Assembly (NCBI GenBank): GCA_033442325.1
Contig: JAWQFM010000009.1
Coordinates: 450,807 to 514,806 of the forward strand
Direction of reading: 5' to 3'
DNA from: Salpingoeca rosetta
Lineage: Eukaryota > Protista > Choanoflagellata
DNA: 64,000 bases
In this document: positions 47,945 to 64,000 of the stretch, piece by piece
How positions within the stretch are numbered: the first letter of the stretch is position 1
Layout: each line of letters begins with the position of its first letter
Translations under genes and position numbers: made by a program
The notes under the pieces: model-generated
The model's input: only the letters and a program-made list of their open reading frames with translations
The model's database searches: none
Told to the model about the DNA's origin: nothing

Positions 47945-49412
47945 CGCCGAATCAAAGCAGTGGGGGTTGTTATGTTACAAAAATGACGCTCCTCTCACAA
48001 TTGGTACCTTTGTCCTGGTCTTCTTCCGCTTGTTCTTCTTGTTCTTCTGCTTCGTCGCTGTACGGCTCTGTTGTCTCTGTGCTTGGCGGCACTGTCGCCA
48101 ATGTCAGCACACCTCCCTCGCGTACTTCCTACACACGCACACACACACACACACACACACTCCTGTGTTGTTGTTGGCTGCTGGCTGGCGCTGATGTCTT
48201 GTTGCTGCAGCCGCTTGAGCCGCTGGCGGTTGCTTCGCTGCCTTGCCCGAGTTTGTTTGGGTGGATTTGGTTTCGTCCAACATAAATTTCACGCAAAGGC
48301 AAATTTGCTGTTGGGATTTCGTTGCAAGTCAATTTTGACTTCAGCCATCGTGCTTTGAATTTCCCGGCGCTGTAGTAGGGTCATTTTCATTCGGTGGAGC
48401 GTGATTTCTTGTCCTCCAGCGATTTCCCAGAGGAAAGTGTGGGGTCTTTACGAGGACAACGACCCTACCCGACGGTTTTTTTTTGTGTTCGTTGTGGGCC
48501 AAAACGGAACATACACAGCTCTGCCTTTGCTTCTGCTTCTTGCTGAGGTGCCACCAACCAACTCCAACGAACCAAACACCAACCAACCAACGATTGTTGA
48601 CTCTTGTCGGTCAGTAACGAGAGAGAAGACACGCACTCACGCACAACCAACACGAAGGAAGAGAGACGCAAGGCTCCCCCCCCGTGTGCTCGCCCCGACA
48701 AGTAGCAGGCAGCAAGGTGGGGAGATATTCTTGGCCCTTGCAGTGAATGGGAGTCGTGCTCGTGATCGATCTGCGACGCACAAGCGTGCTGCTTCCGACT
48801 TGCATTCCTCCTACCTCTTGTTTATTTTTGTTGAGGCTTTGCGTGTTGGGTACGAGTTGGTCTGAATTTGCTTGCTTGCTGCATGTCACCTTGCTCGCCA
48901 ACTCGCCCTCGCCTGTTGTGCCTTGGCTGTGAATGCTTGTGCCCGTTCTCCGATTCCTTTCACTTTTCAATGCACACGCTCAAACGAACGCTCATCGCCG
49001 GCACTGTTGTCTGACTTGCCTCGCTTTGCACCGCACACACACACACACACTTACATCGCCACATGCATCCCTTTGCACGCAACACACACACACACACATT
49101 GAAACACACACGCACGCACGACGCCATTGCATTCATCAGGCGTTGTTGTGAGTAGTAGCACCAACGCGACCGGCAGTGCCACTGAACCACAGCAGCCACA
49201 GCAGCTACAGAAACAGTGAGTCTCAACAATGAATGCGTGCCCGCATGTGTGTGTGTGCGGGAATGCGCTGAGCAAGAATGCAATTGCTGCTGGTGGCGGT
49301 GGAGACGGTGCTGTCGCTGCTGTGGTTGCAGGTACATGAACGCACCCGTGTGGCGGCAGTGCATGCGTGGTTCTGACATGCCACGCGTAATGCACCTGCT
49401 CGCTGCATGCAG

Positions 49413-57990
<8,578 letters not shown>

Positions 57991-58889
57991 ACGCGTTCAT
58001 TGTTCCCCAGCAGCAGACTTGGCTGCTGCTGCGCTGATTTCCTTACAGTTCAGGGCGTTGTCTGTTTGGTTGGTTGCTTGGTTGTCTGTTTGTTGATTCG
58101 TTTGTTCGACGTGTTGGTGTGATGTGGCGCTGTTTTCTCACGCGTGACGCCAGTGCTGCTTGCTTCACGTTTCATATCCGCGCATAATCCGTGTCTGCAT
58201 ATGTCCCCTTTTCCCTTCCCAATCGTGCACGTGAACTCTTGCCTGTACTATCGTCTGCTGTCTGCTGTCTGCTATTGCCTACTTGACGTGGTTGTTGTCC
58301 TCGAGTGTTGTTACTCTTCACCCCTTTGCTCTTGCGTGTTTCATTTCATGTTGTGCTTTGCCGTTTCCATCTGTTGCTCGTTTCGTCGTTGCGTTCTTTT
58401 TTTCCCCTCCCCACACCCACACACCCAAGCTGTTGATACAACGCACATGTTGTTTGTGCTTGTTCAGCAACAAGACAGAAAGTCGTTTGACACCTCCCAT
58501 CTCCTTGCAATACACAGAGAATCGAATGTCTTGTGCTGCCATCACGAGTGATGCCTGAGTGATGCCTGTGTTGTCACATCACATCATGTCACTGTCGCTG
58601 TGACGTGATTGTTTATAGAGTGGTTCAATAGACAAAAAATGGAGGAGTCAAGGGACACATAAGCACGTGCCTGTGTACAAGCTGGGGCCTCCATGTGTAT
58701 GGACAGACGATCTTAAATGCCAAGCACAGAAAATGGCGGTGGTGGAGAGGGTGTGACGGAGAGTGCAAATCACTGCTGTGTGTACCAATGCCAAGACAGC
58801 GCTCATCCTCACACGCCCCCGCCCCCACCCGTCATCATCACGCACGTGCGTGGTGCGTGTGGGGTGTGCGTGTGGAGCGGTTCCCCTGC

Positions 58890-59825
58890 TCAGGACTGCG
58901 GGGCGAGGAAGCGCCAGAGGACGGTGAAGACCATGCTGTTGATGCCATCCACGCACAGGCGCGTGCTGATGCCGCGCTTGAACAAGTGCAGAATGCCGTG
59001 CTGCCCGACAATCTGGCGAAACGCCTGCGTGTATGTGACAGACTCTGTGTGCGACTGCTTGTATGCCTTGAGGACGGAGAGCGGGTTGGCGAGGATGTTG
59101 GTGACGACGGCACAGGAGAGGCCGATGAAGGAGTTTTGCAGCACCTGCTGCCAGAAGGCCGGGTCTGGGATGTCCTGATCGGGGAGTGCACGCGCCTGCC
59201 GTGCCGCTGCGGATGCCCCGAGCAGGTCGGTGAGGTAGTTGTAGGTGGTGAACCACAGGGTGTGCTTGACGGCAACGCCGACAATGGCGTAGGAAGCGCC
59301 GTAGTACAGGACGCTGATGCCGTGGTTCTTCACCTTTCGGCGGAGCAAGGAGAGGCCCTCCGCGCCCTCCACTTGCAGGATGGTTTTGGCCGTGTCGAGC
59401 GGGTAATACAGGACGCGGAACGATGCGACGAGGAGGCTGGACAGCGCCGTCTTCATGACGAGTGGCATGTTCTGCGCGGTGTCGCTGCGGCTGAGCATGT
59501 GCAGGGTGGCGTAGTTGGCGGCTGCGCCGACGCCGCGGGACAAGGGCGCCTCCACAATGGCAAAGGAGAAGCCGCGGTAGAAGCGGCGCACGCCGCCTTC
59601 CTTGTACAGCTTCTGGATGGTCTCCACCATGCCGCCGCCGTGGCGGAACTGCCTGTTCATCACCGTCCGCAGCCAAATCAACAGGACGACGTCTGTGGCC
59701 ATGGCTTTTGCGCCCGCCATGCCTTCCAAGAAGGCGGAGTGCAAGCCCTTGGCAAACTCGTCGCTGCTCACATCGTTGCCCGTCGCTGCCGCCGCCAACT
59801 GCGCAACAGACGGAAGCGGCTTCAT
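58890..59825 (-). CDS. Mitochondrial carrier family (SLC25) protein, intronless
   Basis: Three carrier repeats: WLRTVMNRQ..KEGGVRRFYRG, YPLDTAKTILQVEG..HGISVLYYG, NPLSVLKAYKQ..QHGILHLFKRG. Confidence 0.88.
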   Translation of the reverse strand: MKPLPSVAQLAAAATGNDVSSDEFAKGLHSAFLEGMAGAKAMATDVVLLIWLRTVMNRQFRHGGGMVETIQKLYKEGGVRRFYRGFSFAIVEAPLSRGVGAAANYATLHMLSRSDTAQNMPLVMKTALSSLLVASFRVLYYPLDTAKTILQVEGAEGLSLLRRKVKNHGISVLYYGASYAIVGVAVKHTLWFTTYNYLTDLLGASAAARQARALPDQDIPDPAFWQQVLQNSFIGLSCAVVTNILANPLSVLKAYKQSHTESVTYTQAFRQIVGQHGILHLFKRGISTRLCVDGINSMVFTVLWRFLAPQS

Positions 59826-60197
59826 GTGGCGTGGTAGATGTGGTGGTGGTGCTGCTGCTGCTGGTGGTTGTAAGTTAAGTTTGAAGCTTGTTGATGATAT
59901 CGGCTCGCTGACTTGCCTGCTTGCTTCACTGATTATTGCTGGCTCGCTTGCTCAGTCAAGTCAGCTTGCTTGTCGTGGTCGATGGTGGTGGTGATGATGG
60001 TGATGCAAGCAAGGTGGCTGATGTGCGTCTTCTTGGTTTGCCTTGAACTTGATTCGTGAGGAATGGCGAATGATTTCCATCAACATTCGCCAGTTTTAAC
60101 GGCGAAGCGCGCGAAGACTTTGACTTTGGTTGGTTGGTGTTGGTGGTGTGTTGTTATTGAGTCACAGCGCGTCGCAAGCCACAGCCAGTCACAAAAG

Positions 60198-62253
60198 ATG
60201 AGCGGCTCGGAGAGGAGCGTGGGCAGTGCGACTGAGCGCGCCATGGCGCTCATGGCCAAGTTTGAGGCATTGAAGAACAAGTACATGCACAGGTCACCGC
60301 CCAGAACAGCGGCAACAGCAACAACAGCCTCAACAAGATCGACAACGGCAACAACAGCAACAACGGCGGCTGCTGCTGCGACAACCTCAGGGCGTGGTCC
60401 GTGGTCGAGTGCACGAGGAGCGACAGCACCACAGCAGGCGTTGTCGCAACAAGCAACTAGCAGCGCGAGGGGAACAAGAACAACTGGCTTTGGAGAACGA
60501 AGGACAGTGGCGCAAGAGCTGTTTCCACCATCGTGGTCTTCCTCAGTGCGCAGGCATGACGATGCGCAGCAGTCACGGCCGCCAATAACGTCCACCTTGC
60601 GAGCCTCACAAGCGCAGTTTCCCTGGGAAGCAGCAGCAACAGCGTCCACCGTCAGCGATTCCAGCCCGAGGAGGGGCGCCACCACCGAAGAAGAAGACCA
60701 AGAAGACCAAGAAGAGGAGGAGGACGAAGGCGATGGTGGCACAGAAACCGAGGAACAAGAAGGACAGGAAATGCGAGACACCGCACAAAGGCACACAGAC
60801 TTGCAGCAGCATCACTCGTGGCGAGCGCGAGATGAGTTCAGTCGACCTGAGGAGGACGCAGAAACACGGGAATCGAACGAAACATCGGATTCAGACGAGT
60901 ACATGACAGCAGACGACGACAGTGCGGACTCGGTTGCCACGTACTCCATTGAAACAGATGCGCACAGCTTCCACGAGCGGTTCGGCGACACGATGCAGAC
61001 GCCTCCGCCACGAAGTGTGGACACGAGCCCGCAGCGCCCGCGCCTCACGGCCTCAACGCGAAAGAGTCCAACACGCGTGCCACGGCGTCCACGCGATAAC
61101 GAAGAGCACGCGATCAGTGACCAGCAAGGGGACTGGCCTGAAAGCGTGAACGTGACGGTGTGGGAGAGAGAGTGCGAGCGCAAGCCAGCGTCAACATCAC
61201 CCTCACGACCACGGGTCGAGAGACAGCTGTGGTCTCAGCAGAACAGCAGCACTGCCGACGACACTGGGCTCGGCTCCACGCTACCAACGATGCGGAAGGG
61301 CGAGCCATACTTGTTGGCACGCGCACACCATGCATCGCATGCACCACGACGGAAACCGACGCAACAACAGCGAGAGCGCGCAGCTACCGTCATCCAAGCA
61401 GCATGGTGTGTGTGTCGATGTGTGTGGGAGGGGGGTGTAATGTGTGTGTGTGTGTGTTTCAGAGTCGGGGGGGTGTGTGTGTGTGTGTGTGTGTGTGTTT
61501 GCGTGGGTTCTTGTACGTGCCTTGCTGCCGACAACACCACAATCACGATTTCAACTTCCCACCACCACCAGGCGTGGATTTGTGATTCGGGCGACAGATC
61601 CGGATGTGGCCGCCGTCCGCCGCGAAATTCGAACGCGCCGCATGGAGGACCACATTGTCTCCCTCCACAGGCAGCTTGACACGTGTGTGTGTGTGTGTGT
61701 GTGTGTACATTGCCCTTGTGCGTGCGTGTGTGTGTGTGTGCGTACATCGCCATGGTCTTTTCATGTATTTGATTTGCTTCATTGTTGCTGCTACCCATCG
61801 TCGTGCCCTTTCATTCATCTCTGCAGATTGCGTGCGGAGCTCGTGCGTGAACAGGAGTTGCGTGCCATGCAACAGGAGGCAATGCGGGCAATATGGGACA
61901 AGGTGCGTGCACAGTTGTTGCTTCATGCACATGTGTTCCTCGTGCTGTGTTCTGCTCGTCTCACACTCATCATTACCATTGTCGCACGACTCATACCTTC
62001 CATCGTGCCTCATGGCAACAGGCGCGTGTGCTGGCTGGGAGCGTGAATCACATGCAGCAGCGCGAGCAAACACGGGCGGCGATTGTGCTGCAGAAACACA
62101 TCCGCGCCTGGCTGGCGAGAAAGGTTGGAAGCGATTGGGGGGCTGTGCGTCTGTGTTTGTCTGTGTCTGTCCGTGTGCACGTGCTTGGTGCTGTTGTGAA
62201 ATTGAGGTGTGCACATTCACACAGTGTTTGTGCTCATCGTGACATGTGCGTGC

Positions 62254-62323
<70 letters not shown>

Positions 62324-62854
62324 TTGCAGCGTTATTCGCGCGAACTCCACGACCGGCTGAGGAACAACATGACGATGATGGCGCGAAGCAGAGTACGTGA
62401 CATGACGTGACATGCGCGCGTGATTGTTCTGGCGCATATGAACAGCGCATGCTCCTTCCTCACAGCCCTCACCAGCCGTCAGCGCAAACGCACACACTCA
62501 CTCACACACACACACACTCACTAACTCACTCACTCGCTCACACACACACACACACACTCTCTCTCTCACACTCATGCACATGCACACACACACATATTCA
62601 CACACACAATCACCATCATGGTGCCCTTGGCCCCATTCACACCGTTGCAGGCTGCGATTGTTGGCGGGGACGACCATGCGCTGCGGGAGGCGGTGCTGCA
62701 GCTGCAGGACCAGATGTACGCGCTCAAAACCTCGCTCGACCGCGCCATGATGCGCACTGCATGGGGGCACGCCAGGAACAGGCAGCATCACGGACAACAG
62801 CAGCAGCAGCAACAGCAGCAGCAGTTGAGAGGGCTGTTGAATGAGACGATGTAG
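60198..62854 (+). CDS. IQ-motif/coiled-coil protein resembling the CEP97 C-terminal module, with a disordered N-terminus and no LRRs
   Basis: Spliced AATVIQAAW-RGFVIRATDPDVAAVRREIRTRRMEDHIVSL..LRAEL..EAMRAIWDK, a second IQ AAIVLQKHIRAWLARK, and a last exon ..LRGLLNETM*. Confidence 0.75.
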
Positions 62855-63455
62855 TAACGTGGGACGATGTTGTGGCGCGGGCGCGTGTGTGCTGGTGTGC
62901 AGTGGACTGTGCATAGATTGGTACCAGTGAAAAACCACAACGCATCGAGAGCGTATTTTTTTCTTCTTTGCGTGTGTGGTGGCTGTGGTGGTGTGATAGT
63001 TGGTTGCAATTATGCTGCAATGTGGTGTGAATGGCTTTTGAAGTGGCGCTTTTGACCCACTTGCAACCTTCTTCGTGTTTCCGTTACAACACATTTACAT
63101 CATGCGTGATGACGTGAGCAACTCCAGCTGTTGGGGAGGGGAAGAGACAACAACAGTGGCACAGAGCACAGAATCACGCACACTTGGGGATTTGGGGACA
63201 TGGAGGGGCACATACACAACAAACACCACAGTTCAACACAATCACAACCACAAAACTAAGGACTTGAGGAGTTTGAAGCGGCAACGGCACAACAATCCAA
63301 TCGTGCGACCAAGTGTATGCTGATGACAAACGAAGGCCAGCACAACACCACACACAGCACAACACCGCACCACACCAACAACGCCAGCAAGGTGGCACGG
63401 CAGAGCATCACTAGCGAGCGGGTGTGCGCGTACGCGCGTGTGCATGCGCATGTGC

Positions 63456-64000
63456 TCAGGACATTGCGAGCTGGTGTGCTGCGGCGTAGCGGCCGGTGGC
63501 GCAGTGGAAGAGTTGGCGCTCAATGTCGGTGAGGAGAGAGCTGGCACCAATGCGGAACAGGTCTGGCTTTGTCCAGTCGTCACCTGGTGATGGTGGTCAT
63601 CGTGGTGGTGAAGAGAAATGGAGAAGAGGAATGAGGAGGCGTCATATCAGCAATGTAGTGAGAATGAGGAAAACAAAGATGATGACAATGATGCCGACGA
63701 CGATCAACGAGTGCGACATCACCATGTGCAATCAATAGCACACACGCACCACCAACAACACCAACAACAACGACCGTACCGAGCTCCTCCTTCATGATTG
63801 CGAGCCAGGACACGGCGTCCTTGGCGCTGCGGATACCGCCGGCGGGCTTGAAGCCAACCTACAAACAGGTGGGGGGATGGATACGGGTTGTTTGGTGTGC
63901 GTTGATTGTGTGTGTGTGCGTTGATTGTGTGTGTGTGTGTGTGTGCGTTGATTGTGTGTGTGTGTGTGTGTGTGTGCGTTGATTGTGAGTGAGTGAGTGT
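63456..64000 (-). CDS. DERA: Deoxyribose-phosphate aldolase, 3' exons only (gene continues beyond the window)
   Basis: VGFKPAGGIRSAKDAVSWLAIMKEELG (63858-63778) plus DDWTKPDLFRIGASSLLTDIERQLFHCATGRYAAAHQLAMS* (~63583-63456). Confidence 0.93.

Overview
Gene-dense eukaryotic genomic DNA. Short GT-AG introns are packed with (GT)n/(CA)n microsatellites and coding poly-Q tracts use CAA. The gene set is holozoan-like (non-muscle myosin II, PDZD8, TM6SF, CHMP6) and includes an MscS-family channel and a flagellar radial-spoke gene. This combination points to a choanoflagellate, probably Salpingoeca rosetta or a relative (inference). I reconstruct 17 protein-coding genes by joining exons across the ORF track: RSPH3(-), a 7-bladed beta-propeller secreted/membrane protein(+), CHMP6/VPS20(-), PDZD8(+), PCMT1(-), SIRT1-like(+), RAD1(-), a poly-Q orphan ORF(+), MscS-like channel(-), BCCIP(+), RPL17(-), TM6SF-like(+), CAP-Gly coiled-coil protein(-), myosin II heavy chain(+), SLC25 carrier(-), CEP97-like IQ protein(+) and partial DERA(-). 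The main observations are: (1) all 17 genes alternate strand, forming eight head-to-head pairs, and three of the divergent spacers share a near-palindromic AAAGKCAAWTTTG motif; (2) the myosin II rod is only about half the canonical length, apparently through in-exon loss of whole ~196-aa super-repeats; (3) a CEP97-like protein has no LRR domain; (4) PIMT carries an in-frame signal-peptide-like extension; (5) the MscS channel has IQ-like and EF-hand-like motifs; (6) there is an RFX X-box upstream of RSPH3; (7) each RPL17 intron holds one structured hairpin. Exon boundaries were read by eye and are approximate. Family calls come from recognised motifs, not database searches.
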